DNA from: an uncultured Methanosarcinaceae archaeon
GTDB lineage: Archaea; Halobacteriota; Methanosarcinia; Methanosarcinales; Methanosarcinaceae
NCBI GenBank assembly: GCA_963721455.1
Contig: CAVRJG010000053.1
Span: 96,001-160,000 of the forward strand
Reading direction: 5' to 3'
Length of the DNA stretch: 64,000 nt
A program made the position numbers and the translations under genes. A model generated the notes under the pieces. It saw nothing but the letters and a program-made list of their open reading frames with translations. It made no database searches and was not told where the DNA came from. Positions 13,696-24,916 of this stretch are shown here, in pieces. The number at the start of each line of letters is the position of its first letter. Position 1 is the stretch's first letter.

Positions 13696-14628
13696 ATGAA
13701 TAGCTCATTATGGTCAGAAAACATTCTTAATTTAGCTACTTTTTTAACATCAATTGTATCCCTCTTCACACTAAATGAATTAAGAAAACAAAGATATTTA
13801 GCAAACTCACCCAAGCTTCATATTACATCAAAAAAAAATATTATTTCAGCCACAAACAAACGGGTTTGGTACGTAGAGAAAGAGCTTCCACTTATGTGGG
13901 AAAGTAAGTTTTTAGACGGAATGAAAGATGAGCTGTTGGAAGAAATCGATAACGATTATCCACCCATGTACTCAATCCCACTAAATTTAATCAACATTGG
14001 ATCAACCCCCGCTTTAAATGTCAGAATTGCTTGGAATTATGATAACGAAGGCCGAGAAAGTATAAAGAATATAATAAATAAATTCAATGAATTGGACCTG
14101 GGAGTTAAGTGTGAAATTCCAGACGACACTTATAATGATTCCCTTCATGTAACTCGTCAAAGTGCTACAGATGATAAACTTATGATTTTGGGAAAGAAGA
14201 TAAAAAGATACATTAGCATGGAATTAATGCCTCTTAATATTGAGTATTTATTACCCTTTTCAGAATCGAACCGAGGAACTCAAATTTTAATTCCATACCC
14301 ATATACTTCAATTATAGCTTTAGAATTAAGTGTATTAAGCTTATCAGAAATAAGCTTATCAGAAAATCACCATGATTATTCATTTCCGACTCTTTATGCC
14401 GATGTCTCGTATTATGATAACATAAATATACTTCATAAAGAGAAGTTATCGGTTAAATCTGTTATTAATGAGGCACAGTGGCAATTTAATAAGTGCATGT
14501 GTGAAAAAAAACTTGATTTTATTAATTTCACTATTGAGACACATAAGATCAATGGAAATAAAATGAATGATAATGGTCACTTCGAAACTACAGTGCAACT
14601 TAGCAAAGAGTCGAAATTAAAAGATTAA
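13696..14628 (+). CDS. Hypothetical protein with N-terminal membrane anchor
   Basis: 310-aa ORF in AT-rich DNA; hydrophobic N-terminal helix. Confidence 0.75.
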   Translation: MNSSLWSENILNLATFLTSIVSLFTLNELRKQRYLANSPKLHITSKKNIISATNKRVWYVEKELPLMWESKFLDGMKDELLEEIDNDYPPMYSIPLNLINIGSTPALNVRIAWNYDNEGRESIKNIINKFNELDLGVKCEIPDDTYNDSLHVTRQSATDDKLMILGKKIKRYISMELMPLNIEYLLPFSESNRGTQILIPYPYTSIIALELSVLSLSEISLSENHHDYSFPTLYADVSYYDNINILHKEKLSVKSVINEAQWQFNKCMCEKKLDFINFTIETHKINGNKMNDNGHFETTVQLSKESKLKD

Positions 14629-14687
14629 CGTTATATTCGAAAAAGTATATCAAAAACTCCAGGTTCCTAGGGGATTATACCTTTCAT

Positions 14688-14837
14688 GGTTCCGTTGCAA
14701 AAAATCTGGCTCCCTTGCAAAATCAAAAAAAACCTTCACAATTAGGAAATTTAATCATTTTCATTAGAAAGAAAATGACACACACAGGTAAAAATTATAG
14801 TGTCAAATTGCAGAAATATTTTTTTTGCAACGGAACC
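14688..14837. mobile_element. IS6-derived MITE
   Basis: IRs ggttccgttgcaaaaaa and ttttttgcaacggaacc, the same as the IS6 end at 25678; paralog at 27115-27263. Confidence 0.88.
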
Positions 14838-14910
14838 GGGAATTGTAAGTATAAGATTTAATAAAATGTATATAGGCAAGAAGCTAAGGATTTTTGTAGA
14901 GGTTGATTAA

Positions 14911-15948
14911 ATGGAGTCTATTAAAGAACCTACTGATCTTTGTGTTCCAATTTACTTAGATCAGCAAATTGTTTTTGATTTACTTGCCATGTTAGAAAAT
15001 GGATTTTCTCAAATAAATACTGTAAACACATCCACAACAGGTACGAAAATAGATGATTCAAAAAGAGGTGCATCTTTAGGCAGCACTGCCTTATCTTTGT
15101 TTGATTTTTCTTTAAATGGAAACAAGCATAAAACAATCACTACGACAGATAATGAACAGCAATCTATGGAAAAAATACATACACCTTCATCAATGTTTTC
15201 AATACTTCGTCGTACGCTCTACGAAAAAAAATTTATATCCCCCATGGATACAATGGATGAAATCGGGAATTTGAAATGTGGGGACTTTGTAGAGTTTAGA
15301 TCAAAACTTAAGACTAATCCCTTAATGGATTCCTTCAATCGTATGAGGGAAGTATCTAAGTATTTGGTCAAATATTCAGACCAGATTGATAAAAGGAGAA
15401 TCAGTGAAAAAACGGCAGAAGAAATAGAAACAAAGATAGAATCAATCCAAGAAAGAGATCGGAATAAACGAAAAATTAAAAACCCAGTCCAGAATAACCA
15501 AATTAATGTTCCAACTCAAGATAATCAAAATAATGTTCCAACTCAAGATAATCAAAATAATGTAGCACTCTTTCAATGGATATTTGAATTATCAGATGAT
15601 TTACTGAACTCTAATTCAACTGAAATAATTGGAAATCTATCTGATCAAACTCTGGTCAATGTAGATCTTTCTGCTAAGGTTAATTGTTTTGTGAATAATG
15701 ATACATCTCTTGTAATGAATGGCGAGTTTTCTGTATTTGGAAAAGTCACTCAGGTTATATCATGTGATTCTGAAGACACAATAGATCTCTTACAGAAAAC
15801 AAATCTCAGATCATTCGGTGAAGACGTCATTAAAAAGTTTACTGATGCATTTGATCAGGTACCAAATAACGCTATAACTTTACCAAAAGTAATAACAAAA
15901 ATAAATGGCCCCGCTATTCAGGTATTACCAATTGCAATATTTATATAA
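14911..15948 (+). CDS. DUF6414-like protein
   Basis: N-terminal PIYLDQQIVFDLLAMLENG and C-terminal PAIQVLPIAIFI, as recalled for the family; GAGGT RBS; internal VPTQDNQNN duplication. Confidence 0.7.
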   Translation: MESIKEPTDLCVPIYLDQQIVFDLLAMLENGFSQINTVNTSTTGTKIDDSKRGASLGSTALSLFDFSLNGNKHKTITTTDNEQQSMEKIHTPSSMFSILRRTLYEKKFISPMDTMDEIGNLKCGDFVEFRSKLKTNPLMDSFNRMREVSKYLVKYSDQIDKRRISEKTAEEIETKIESIQERDRNKRKIKNPVQNNQINVPTQDNQNNVPTQDNQNNVALFQWIFELSDDLLNSNSTEIIGNLSDQTLVNVDLSAKVNCFVNNDTSLVMNGEFSVFGKVTQVISCDSEDTIDLLQKTNLRSFGEDVIKKFTDAFDQVPNNAITLPKVITKINGPAIQVLPIAIFI

Positions 15949-15974
15949 TATTGAACAATTTAAGAAATATTCTA

Positions 15975-16110
15975 GGAAGTGTCGCGAATTTTCTGTAAAT
16001 CCGAAGTCAATTTTTTGTGCACTGTATATTATTTTGTTCTTCCGATATGGAATTTTCTAACTTGTAACTTCTTGAGATTTGTGATTTTACAGCAAATTAG
16101 GCACACTGCC
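15975..16110. mobile_element. MITE, family GGCAGTGT
   Basis: Imperfect IRs; paralog at 27716-27851. Confidence 0.75.
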
Positions 16111-16492
16111 GTTTAAAGTATAAGATCTTACAGATATTTCGTAAAATCCTTTCTAAATTAGGTAGCTACAACAAACTAGTAGAGCAAGTACAATTAAAAA
16201 AAAGATCATAAAAAGAAAAAATAATACCCCAATCAAAAAAAGTCCTGTTTCCACAATATCATCTTTTTTAGTGCCCTAAAATTAATAATATGGAATAGAT
16301 AGTAGTCTATATAAGTATTTTTAAATTTGTAAAGTGTGTTTTGAAATCAACAGTAATATCAATGTGGATTTTTTGATTAAGCTTGAAATTTGCACAGCTT
16401 GATATGCATATTCTCATTTAGTCTTTATATCTGATTATCTTTCGTACGTAGGTGGTCATAAATAATTTAATTATATTCTCCTAATACTCGAT

Positions 16493-17185
16493 TTATATTT
16501 TATAAAGCATATATTCATTTGAAATTGTATCTTTGTCAAAATGCAATCCACCTTGTGTGTCAACCTCCTTATTATCCGTTTGATATAACGTAAAATATAT
16601 GTAATAGTCTTTTTGATAGAAATCCAGATAACGTTCTGGTTTAATAATTTGTGCATTAACCATTAATTCTCCGTTAGGAGGAATTCTAAGGGAATATCGA
16701 TGACTATTATTAGAAGTTTTCAACTCAACTTTTCCTGGATCATCTATAGTAAAGGTAATTTCGTTAGCTACTTTTTCGTTTCTTGCTCCTTTTACTGTAA
16801 CAATATGAAATTCACCTTCGTTAGAAAGATTAATTTCGCTGGATTTAGTATTAATAATTTTAATATGTAAATCAGGTATTATATGAGATGAGTTATAATT
16901 AATGAAAAAAATTGTAGGGATTAATACTAAAATTATGATAATGATAAATCGAATACGTTTAATGTATGTGGGTATCATTTGTTTCTTGAAAAAAAATATA
17001 TAACTTACAATAACTAATAATATATACAATCCAGTAATCAATTCTATACTATAATAATACATTTTTAGTAGAAAGGCTGGAATAGATAGAACAATTGATA
17101 GAACAATTGTAGAAATTACTGTAGAAACTACTGTAGAAAAAATCACAGGAGTTGTTTCATCTAATATATCAGGCATACTTTTCAT
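16493..17185 (-). CDS. Hypothetical membrane protein (about 3 N-terminal TM helices plus a soluble domain)
   Basis: 230-aa ORF with hydrophobic segments. Confidence 0.7.
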   Translation of the reverse strand: MKSMPDILDETTPVIFSTVVSTVISTIVLSIVLSIPAFLLKMYYYSIELITGLYILLVIVSYIFFFKKQMIPTYIKRIRFIIIIILVLIPTIFFINYNSSHIIPDLHIKIINTKSSEINLSNEGEFHIVTVKGARNEKVANEITFTIDDPGKVELKTSNNSHRYSLRIPPNGELMVNAQIIKPERYLDFYQKDYYIYFTLYQTDNKEVDTQGGLHFDKDTISNEYMLYKI

Positions 17186-17513
17186 AATATTATCAAAGTA
17201 CAGTTAATAGTAATATTTTTCTAAATTTCTCTTTTACAGTAGTTCTGGAAGCTATGAGAAGATATCAACAGAATTTCGTTCAAACAAGTGTGTGAATCAA
17301 CTCTAATTTTTGCAAATATTTATTTATCATTTTTATTCATAAAAGTAATATAAAAATGATTATTCTATTCAAAAATACTTTCACTCTGCTTTCCTTAATT
17401 TTATATTCTGTGAGGTCATTTTCAGTCATGATAAATATATTTGTAATTAATATGTAAAAAATCATCGCAAAAATTTGGACTACAAATATAGTAACTCGAT
17501 AATATAGAGGATA

Positions 17514-17975
17514 ATGATGAATATTATTAGAATCTCTGAAACAGAAAGCAAAATGTTACTAGATATGGGAATTGATCCAATAAAATGTAATGATTATCAA
17601 ATATTATGTCTTCCGGAAAATTTCCAGCAGGGTTCAAAAGATAATTTATATGACGCTGATTCTACAATTAATTTATATAAAATTCTAAAAAACAGTGGAA
17701 TAAAATGTGCTAATTCTTATGATTTAGGTATTGATTCCGAGACATCTATTAGACAAAATAATGACATATACCTAGGGTTAGTATGGATTTTTAGTAACAT
17801 TGCCGTTCCAATATTTACGAGTATTGTATATGATTATTTCAAAGGAAAAATGGGTAATAAAAGTAAAATCCATGTTGAAATTCGATTGCCAAATGGTAAG
17901 ATGTTTAAACATGAAGGCGATGCTGAAACTTTAAAAGAGCGTCTAGAAGAGGAATTTAAAGAGTATGAGGGGTAA
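17514..17975 (+). CDS. Hypothetical protein with central hydrophobic helix
   Basis: 153-aa ORF with GAGG RBS; coupled to the next gene. Confidence 0.75.
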   Translation: MMNIIRISETESKMLLDMGIDPIKCNDYQILCLPENFQQGSKDNLYDADSTINLYKILKNSGIKCANSYDLGIDSETSIRQNNDIYLGLVWIFSNIAVPIFTSIVYDYFKGKMGNKSKIHVEIRLPNGKMFKHEGDAETLKERLEEEFKEYEG

Positions 17976-17976
17976 T

Positions 17977-18814
17977 ATGGGTGGAAATGTATTGGAAGAA
18001 AATGCACTTTCTACTCTTTCACAGTGTATATCATCAATTAAATCTAATGAACTGGATAAAGCAATATCAGAAGCACAAATTTTTATAGATAAATGTAAAA
18101 ACGTTATAAATACTGAGAGAGATTCGCACTGTTTTGAATTTTCTAATGAAGCACTATTCTTAGGGCTGGTTACGAAATAACTTAAGTAACACATAATTAT
18201 TTCGGAACGAAATCGTTGGAGCTGCTTATGAAAATAGTTACATACAGTGTAAAAATGTACTTAAGTTATTTCGCGGTAGATCCTTAGGTATTTTTTTTCG
18301 TGGGATACAAAACTTTGCACGTTTAAAGCAAATGACAGTATCTTCTGATTGGATAAGAAATCCTGAATTAGTAGAGAAAGTTTGGCTCGAAATGTGGGAT
18401 TGTAAAGATCGTTTAGAATATACATCTCCGTTAATTAAAACGATATGTATAGAGTGGATTTTTAATGACATTAATTCGCTATATCAGGATTTCTACCAAA
18501 ATTTTGGACATGGTTTATATGTAAGTCTAAGTTTCTTAGCTCAAAGGATGATGTGTAACATATGCGGTCAAGATATACGAGCTTGTGAACATCTTCCAGG
18601 TATGATTTATTCAGGTAAGATCTGTGGAGATATTCCACAAGGAATTACTCCCAACCATGTTTTACTTACAGAGCATCCCAATGATCCTCGCTGTAGGATA
18701 TGGCCTTGGAATAAGGGAGAAGAACCTAATGAGAAAGTTGGTAGTACTTATGGCGTATGTCTTTTATCTTTCTTTATGTTAGATGATTTTATGTATGAAT
18801 CTGGCTATAAATAA
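17977..18814 (+). pseudogene. Zn-finger protein (CxxC...CxH), interrupted by a MITE
   Basis: Removing 18164-18287 fuses ORFs 17965-18180 and 18332-18814 in frame (EALFLG|IFFRGIQ), giving 237 aa. Confidence 0.85.
18164..18283. mobile_element. 120-bp MITE
   Basis: Subterminal perfect IRs cgaaataacttaagta and tacttaagttatttcg; TTAG duplicated at 18160 and 18284. Confidence 0.88.
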
Positions 18815-19332
18815 AAGAAATGATTAAATAAATAAAACAATTTTTGGGATGGATTCTTAATAAAGAAGTATCCTGCATTTTTTGTGAAGAACCTATAGAT
18901 GAATCTTGAATTCATCCAGATGTCATCAATTAGGGCAATATTAGAAACAGGGAAAACAACCCATGTAGGAACTTTATATTTTTTGGCAGAACATTATCAT
19001 AGTCAAATGTCCAAATTTTGAGTTATATTTTTATCTTTATAATTACTTATTTATGCCTTAATAAAGTCTTACTGGTTGCGCTTCCTTATACTTATTCACT
19101 ATTATCATTGTGATTCCTATTACCGTGGATGCCTACTATCAGGTAACGGATGTAAGTTATTTATTTTTTATCCGGGAATGGAAAAGAATGGGCGAATTGA
19201 TTGAGGTTCACTTCCCTTTCTAATTTATTTTCCAAATAGATCAGAGGCCTTCAGGGCTGGGAATTTTTCGAACAGCTTCCATTTTATGAAGTTAGCGATT
19301 ATTTTAATAATATCAGTGTATAATACAAGCGC

Positions 19333-19959
19333 ATGCCCTCAGAGTCGCGCAGGGACGAGGATATTTTCGAATCCCAATTTATTGATAAATACCTGAGCGA
19401 GTACGCGAGTGTTTCGTCAATCGTACGTGAGGCGCTGCCGTTTGAACTTATTGCGACTGTGGGGGGAGTCTTTGCAGGGATAATATTTTCGGGGATGACA
19501 AACGAACTTGAGATGATCCCGGGATTGATGGTAATTTATCCTGGCGTGCTCGGGCTGAGGGGAAACATTTCCTCTACCCTTGGCTCCAGGCTTGGCAGTG
19601 CAATTCACCTGGGGCTCATTACAGGGTTCGACAGGCATAACCCCGAACTCACCAATAACATCTCCGGTTCCCTGCTCCTGGGTGTTATTACCGCTATGAT
19701 GCTCGGATTTCTCGGGCACTTTGTAACACTTGCCCTTGGCTTCGAAAGTGCCGGCGCCTTTAAACTTATCCTGATCTGTGTAATTTCAGCCCTTACGTCC
19801 GGGGTAATTCTCTCTTTTGTTGCAGTCCTGCTGGCTATAGGGATGTTCAGATTCGGTTTTGATCCTGATAATGTTGTCACGCCTTCTATTGCAACTATCG
19901 GGGACATTGTCTCCATGTTCATGCTTTTCCTCTCGGCAAAACTGGTGATGATGCTTTGA
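19333..19959 (+). CDS. MgtE-like divalent cation transporter, membrane subunit
   Basis: GNISSTLGSRL and FGFDPDNVVTPSIATIGD motifs. Confidence 0.9.
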   Translation: MPSESRRDEDIFESQFIDKYLSEYASVSSIVREALPFELIATVGGVFAGIIFSGMTNELEMIPGLMVIYPGVLGLRGNISSTLGSRLGSAIHLGLITGFDRHNPELTNNISGSLLLGVITAMMLGFLGHFVTLALGFESAGAFKLILICVISALTSGVILSFVAVLLAIGMFRFGFDPDNVVTPSIATIGDIVSMFMLFLSAKLVMML

Positions 19960-20534
19960 GAAAAAAAGGACATCATACCCCTTACTACACAGTCAATGGC
20001 ATCATTCAGCGCGGGCTTCCGGTACTTTTGATCACATGTGTAATGGGAATTATTGTCGGACAGATTCTGAACTCAAGAGAAAAAAGCCTTATTTCTATGC
20101 CAGCGATACTGATTCTTATTCCTTCCCTTATCAAGATCGGAGGGGATACCGGCAGCATGCTCGGGGCCAGGCTTTCGTCGGCTTTCCATATGGGGCTTGG
20201 AGATAATCTCAGGAGTAACCCGGTAGTACGCAACAGCGTTATTGCAGCTTCAATTGTAGGGTTTGTTTCGTCAATTTCTGTCAGCATACTGGTCTTTCTG
20301 GCAAGCAATTTTATGGGATTCGGTATGCATTTCCTTACCCTTCTGGAAATCAGCCTTATAGCAGTTGTAATAGAACTTTCCGTTGTATACTCTGCAACAG
20401 TTGCCATTTCCTTTGCTTCTCACCGTTTCGGGATCGACCCGGACGATACGGTAATCCCTTTCATAGCAAGCCTTGGAGACCTTGTAGGGGTTACAGGAAT
20501 TCTCATAGCTCTGCACCTGTTGAATATTTTATAA
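19956..20534 (+). CDS. MgtE-like divalent cation transporter, membrane subunit
   Basis: GSMLGARLSSAFH and GIDPDDTVIPFIASLGD motifs. Confidence 0.9.
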   Translation: MRKKGHHTPYYTVNGIIQRGLPVLLITCVMGIIVGQILNSREKSLISMPAILILIPSLIKIGGDTGSMLGARLSSAFHMGLGDNLRSNPVVRNSVIAASIVGFVSSISVSILVFLASNFMGFGMHFLTLLEISLIAVVIELSVVYSATVAISFASHRFGIDPDDTVIPFIASLGDLVGVTGILIALHLLNIL

Positions 20535-20684
20535 ATAATACCGTTTAATTGAAAGCCAGTGTTATTATTCAATTTTATAATATTCCAGGCAGGCTCTTAA
20601 ACGCCTGAATAATTCAAAAATTAATAATTACTATGAGGTATATACTCATACACACCAACATAAGGTAGAGTTGATATAGAGACC

Positions 20685-21884
20685 ATGTTCCCTAAAGAAT
20701 TCAGATACAGTCCAAGGAATCTTAAGGATCTTTTGACTGAGATGAAGGATACTTCCGAACTCATGGTAGACCTTGCGTACTCTGCAGTGATCTATGATGA
20801 TGAGGATATTGCAGAAGAGGTACTCAATCTTGAAGATAAGATGGATACCCTCGATTATCATATGAAGATGGCCGCGATGTTAAGCACACGCAGGGTTGAC
20901 GAGGCAGAAGAACTCCTCGGAGTTTTACAGGTTGCTGCGTCTTCGGAAAATATCGCAAATGCCGCAGGTGATATTGCCAAAATAGTTCTTATGAATATGG
21001 GCATTCCGATGGAACTGAAAGTAGCTCTCAGGGAAGCGGAAGAGACCGTAGTTAGGGCAACAGTCGCCACAGAATCTTTAATGGCAGGACGTACGCTTGG
21101 CGACCTCGAACTTGATCTCGAGACAGGCATGTGGGTTATTGCTATCCGGAGAAATGAAGACTGGATTTATGACCCTGACAAGGAAACCCGTCTCCGCCAG
21201 GGAGACGTTTTGATTGCCAGAGGGCACGATGAAGGAGTCCCGCTGTTCTTCGAGATGGCTACGACAAGGAAATTTATTCCAAGGGAAATAGAAAACAATA
21301 GACTCTTAAAAGACCTTGAACATGCTGTGGATATTATTGTGGACATGAAGAACATGTCCGAACTTTCGGTGGGGCTTGCATACTCTGCTATTCTTTTTGA
21401 CAACGAAGATATTGCGTATGAGGTCAGCGCCCTCGAATCCGAAATGGATTCAATGAAATACGAACTTCAGCACTGGGTACTCGAGACCGCAAAGCACGTT
21501 GAGGATGTGAACCTGCTCAGGGGAATCCTCCATCTTGCAAGTGCCTCTGAAGCTATTTCCGATGCCGCCTACGGAATTGCCGATACCGTGCTCAGGGATA
21601 TCGAACTCCACCCTATTATTACCCTCGCAGTTCGGAATTCCGAAGAGGTTATCACCAGGCTCCAGGTTGAGAAATGTTCTCCGATAGTCGGAAAGACTTT
21701 CTTCGAATTGAGGCTTGAGACTGAAACCGGGTTGCATGTGATGGCAATCAAAAGGGCTGACCGCTGGGTCTATGCTCCAAAAGGCAACACAGCTGTCCAG
21801 GCAGGAGACATGCTTATTGCCCGCGGCTCAAGGATTGGAGAAGGGGCACTTATAGAGATGTGCGAGTGCAAGTTGCGCCAGTAA
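20685..21884 (+). CDS. Duplicated PhoU/TrkA-C (RCK_C) domain protein
   Basis: Two EMKxxSEL..LAYSA repeats, each followed by a TrkA-C segment ETGxxVxAIxR...GDxLIARG. Confidence 0.9.
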   Translation: MFPKEFRYSPRNLKDLLTEMKDTSELMVDLAYSAVIYDDEDIAEEVLNLEDKMDTLDYHMKMAAMLSTRRVDEAEELLGVLQVAASSENIANAAGDIAKIVLMNMGIPMELKVALREAEETVVRATVATESLMAGRTLGDLELDLETGMWVIAIRRNEDWIYDPDKETRLRQGDVLIARGHDEGVPLFFEMATTRKFIPREIENNRLLKDLEHAVDIIVDMKNMSELSVGLAYSAILFDNEDIAYEVSALESEMDSMKYELQHWVLETAKHVEDVNLLRGILHLASASEAISDAAYGIADTVLRDIELHPIITLAVRNSEEVITRLQVEKCSPIVGKTFFELRLETETGLHVMAIKRADRWVYAPKGNTAVQAGDMLIARGSRIGEGALIEMCECKLRQ

Positions 21885-22066
21885 TTTGTCGCATGTGCTG
21901 ACAATTGACCGTAATTTCTCCTATCGTCTGTAGCTGATAAATCAATAATTACCTTTGGGATTGACAGGATACTGTAGATGACTGCCTGAACATCCTTTGT
22001 AAACTTTTTTAAAAGCCCATATATTCCTTATTTTTATACATCGGGTTACAATTACTATTCGGGAGT

Positions 22067-22951
22067 TTGAGTATGGCAGTTGTTGGGCTTTCAAGAAATA
22101 GAAATACTCTGGAATCCGTAAGAGCAGCAGTGGAACTGGCAGGAGGACTCGGAATTGAAGAAGGGTCTACTGTACTGATTCGGCCGAACGCAAATACCGC
22201 AGACCTGCCTCCTGGCTCGACAAACCCTGAGGTGTTGAGGGGGGCTATCAGGGAAGCAAGAAAATGCAATCCGGGAAAGATTATTGTTGCTGAAAAGTCA
22301 ATGACCACGCTGGATACCGAGAGGGTGCTGAAGGAACTTGGACTCTGGCAGGCTGCTGAGGCCGAAGGAGTGGATGAAATTCTTACTTTTGACCACATGA
22401 AACGCTTACATGTGAAGCCAGATGGCGCTTCCTCCTGGCCGGAAGGATTTGACGTCCCCGAATTTCTGGCTTCGGTTGACTACATGATTGCTCTTCCTGT
22501 GATCAAGACTCACTGGACTGCAACCTTTACCATGGGCCTCAAGTCCCAGATCAGCATAACTGCGGATAGGGATAGGCGGCAGCTTCCTCACGGGCAGTAC
22601 AGGGACGTGCTTTTCGGGAACATGATTGCCGAGTCAAACCTTGTCTACATGCCTGATTTTTATATCTCGGATGCTACAAAATGCTTTGTTACCGACGGCC
22701 CTAACCTGGGAACGCTGAGAGAGCCTGACATCGTACTGGCAAGTTCGGATGTGGTCGCAAACGACGCTGTAGGCCTTGCCCTCTTGAAAACCCTTGGCAC
22801 GGTTTCCAGGATACAGGGGCACTCGGTCTGGGCCCAACCCCAGATCATACGAGCTGTGGAACTGGGGTTAGGGGTGCACGGCAGGGAAGAAATAACTGTA
22901 AAAAGCTCAGGTGTCGAGGAAGTAGAAGAGATTATTGCCAATCTTGCGTGA
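22067..22951 (+). CDS. DUF362 protein
   Basis: VLIRPN, TNPEV, LPVIKTH, TMGLK and DVVAND motifs. Confidence 0.85.
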   Translation: MSMAVVGLSRNRNTLESVRAAVELAGGLGIEEGSTVLIRPNANTADLPPGSTNPEVLRGAIREARKCNPGKIIVAEKSMTTLDTERVLKELGLWQAAEAEGVDEILTFDHMKRLHVKPDGASSWPEGFDVPEFLASVDYMIALPVIKTHWTATFTMGLKSQISITADRDRRQLPHGQYRDVLFGNMIAESNLVYMPDFYISDATKCFVTDGPNLGTLREPDIVLASSDVVANDAVGLALLKTLGTVSRIQGHSVWAQPQIIRAVELGLGVHGREEITVKSSGVEEVEEIIANLA

Positions 22952-23243
22952 TTACGGTTTGGATACATTACGGTTTGGAAATAACCCCGGGCTGGAAAAC
23001 GCAAGCTCGCAGGCCTCAGGAAGTCGGATTTCCTGCCGCGTGAATTTGAAAAATTAAATTTATGAGGTTAGCAGGTTTTAACAATTTTACAGTAATTTTG
23101 CATTGATTCGACAGCAATTTTACCTCATCCTGTTTTCTGATTTTCCTCTTTTACCTCTGATTTCTCATGACTGTGCAAATATGCTCACCTATTACCATAA
23201 TTTATTTATTTTCGACGTCCCCATATGTTATGGGGGAATTTTT

Positions 23244-23450
23244 ATGAAATGCGAAAGCTGTGGAGAAGAGAGCGAAGGAAGGTACTGCAAGACATGTGGC
23301 AACATAATGGATCAGGTTGTCAGAGGAGTAGGAGAAAAACGCTGGGCGGCAATTGACGACTGTTCATATATTTATCCGCTTGTCCGGCGCGTGGCTAAAG
23401 GAGAACTTACGGTTCACGATATTATTCAGTCTCTTGATGTGGAAGACTGA
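23244..23450 (+). CDS. Small zinc-ribbon protein (68 aa)
   Basis: GGGGGA RBS, then MKCESCG...YCKTCG. Confidence 0.85.
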   Translation: MKCESCGEESEGRYCKTCGNIMDQVVRGVGEKRWAAIDDCSYIYPLVRRVAKGELTVHDIIQSLDVED

Positions 23451-23758
23451 CTTGTGCTGTCCTCTCGGGACTTCAGTCCGTAGCTTCCGGAGGGGCTTTA
23501 AGGGTCTTTTCCTCTGATATTTCCTGTAAGTCCGGGTTTTACGAGGTTAGCGGAGGAGCCTACCTCGTATCTGCCGGACCTCCTGCTTGAGATTTAAATA
23601 CGGCAGGAGGTTAAACTTCAATTCAGGTCTCGAACTGCACTGCAGCGATCAGTCTGTTGAGATTAATTTTTAGCGCAGCCTGAGCTTTAAGCCTTAAGGT
23701 TATATCTCTTTAGCTTTAATATTGCATTGTTAAGCAGTTTTCCTGCTGTCAGGAGCTG

Positions 23759-24349
23759 ATGCCGTACATGAACAGAAAATGCCGGTACAGTTTTTTGATA
23801 TTCTTGCTTGCAGGAACGCTTTTGATTTCGGGATGTATTCAAAACAAGAATGAGATAAACACTGGTAAAGAATCTCCCGATACTGGCAAAGGGGATGAAA
23901 ATGTGGACATCCAGAATATAAAAGTTTTTAGCAGCGCATTTGAAGCTAACCGTACTATCCCAAGAAAGTACACCTGTGTTGGGGAAAATATAAATCCGCC
24001 TCTGGAATTCGAAGGCATTCCGGAAGAGGCTGAAAGTTTGGTGCTTATAGTAGACGATCCTGACGCTCCCATGAAGACGTTTACTCACTGGATTGTCTGG
24101 AATATAGAACCTGTAGCGAAAATAGAAGAAGACAGCATACCCGGGGTTGAGGGAATAAACGATTTCAGGAAAATAGGTTACGGAGGGCCATGTCCTCCCT
24201 CAGGTGCCCACAGGTATTTCTTCAGGGTCTATGCTCTGAACAGGCAGCTCGAACTTAAAGCAGGAGCAGGGAGAAAAGAGCTTGAAAGCGAGATGATAGG
24301 GCATATCATTGCCGAAGGGGAATTGATGGGAAAATATAGCAGAACCTGA
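23759..24349 (+). CDS. YbhB/YbcL (PEBP) family protein with a lipoprotein-like signal
   Basis: DDPDAP, FTHW, YGGPCPP and HRYFF motifs; LISGC lipobox. Confidence 0.92.
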   Translation: MPYMNRKCRYSFLIFLLAGTLLISGCIQNKNEINTGKESPDTGKGDENVDIQNIKVFSSAFEANRTIPRKYTCVGENINPPLEFEGIPEEAESLVLIVDDPDAPMKTFTHWIVWNIEPVAKIEEDSIPGVEGINDFRKIGYGGPCPPSGAHRYFFRVYALNRQLELKAGAGRKELESEMIGHIIAEGELMGKYSRT

Positions 24350-24370
24350 TTGTTGAATGGGGGGAAGAGA

Positions 24371-24916
24371 ATGGAAGAGAGTATGACAGCTGAAAATAAT
24401 CCGGATTTTTTCGAAAATCCCGGGGGCGGCCTGGAAAAGGCAACCTTTGCCGCAGGTTGTTTCTGGGGGATTGAAGAGGCTTTCCGGCAGGTCAAGGGTG
24501 TGGTTGCAACCGCTGTTGGCTACAGCGGCGGGCACTTTGAAAAACCTACATATGAACAGGTCTGCACCCTTAATACCGGACATGCAGAGGCCATCAGGGT
24601 TATTTTCGACCCGAAAGTGGTATCTTATGAGGCTTTGCTTGGCGTTTTCTGGAAAATCCATGACCCGACAACAAAGGACCGGCAGGGCCCTGATGTCGGG
24701 AAACAATATCGTTCAGTCATTTTTTACCATGACGAAAAGCAAAAAGCTGCTGCATTAGCCTCAAAAGAAAGCCTTGAAAAATCAGGGGCTTTCAAAAACC
24801 CGATAGTAACCGAGATTGTGCCGGTGTCCGAGTTCTACATGGCTGAAGACTATCACCAGCAGTATTTTGAAAAGAAGGGTTTTCTGCAGAACGTGCTCAG
24901 AAGCTTGAAGAAATAA
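24371..24916 (+). CDS. msrA: Peptide methionine sulfoxide reductase A
   Basis: [22 protein letters not shown] and AEDYHQQY motifs. Confidence 0.97.
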   Translation: MEESMTAENNPDFFENPGGGLEKATFAAGCFWGIEEAFRQVKGVVATAVGYSGGHFEKPTYEQVCTLNTGHAEAIRVIFDPKVVSYEALLGVFWKIHDPTTKDRQGPDVGKQYRSVIFYHDEKQKAAALASKESLEKSGAFKNPIVTEIVPVSEFYMAEDYHQQYFEKKGFLQNVLRSLKK

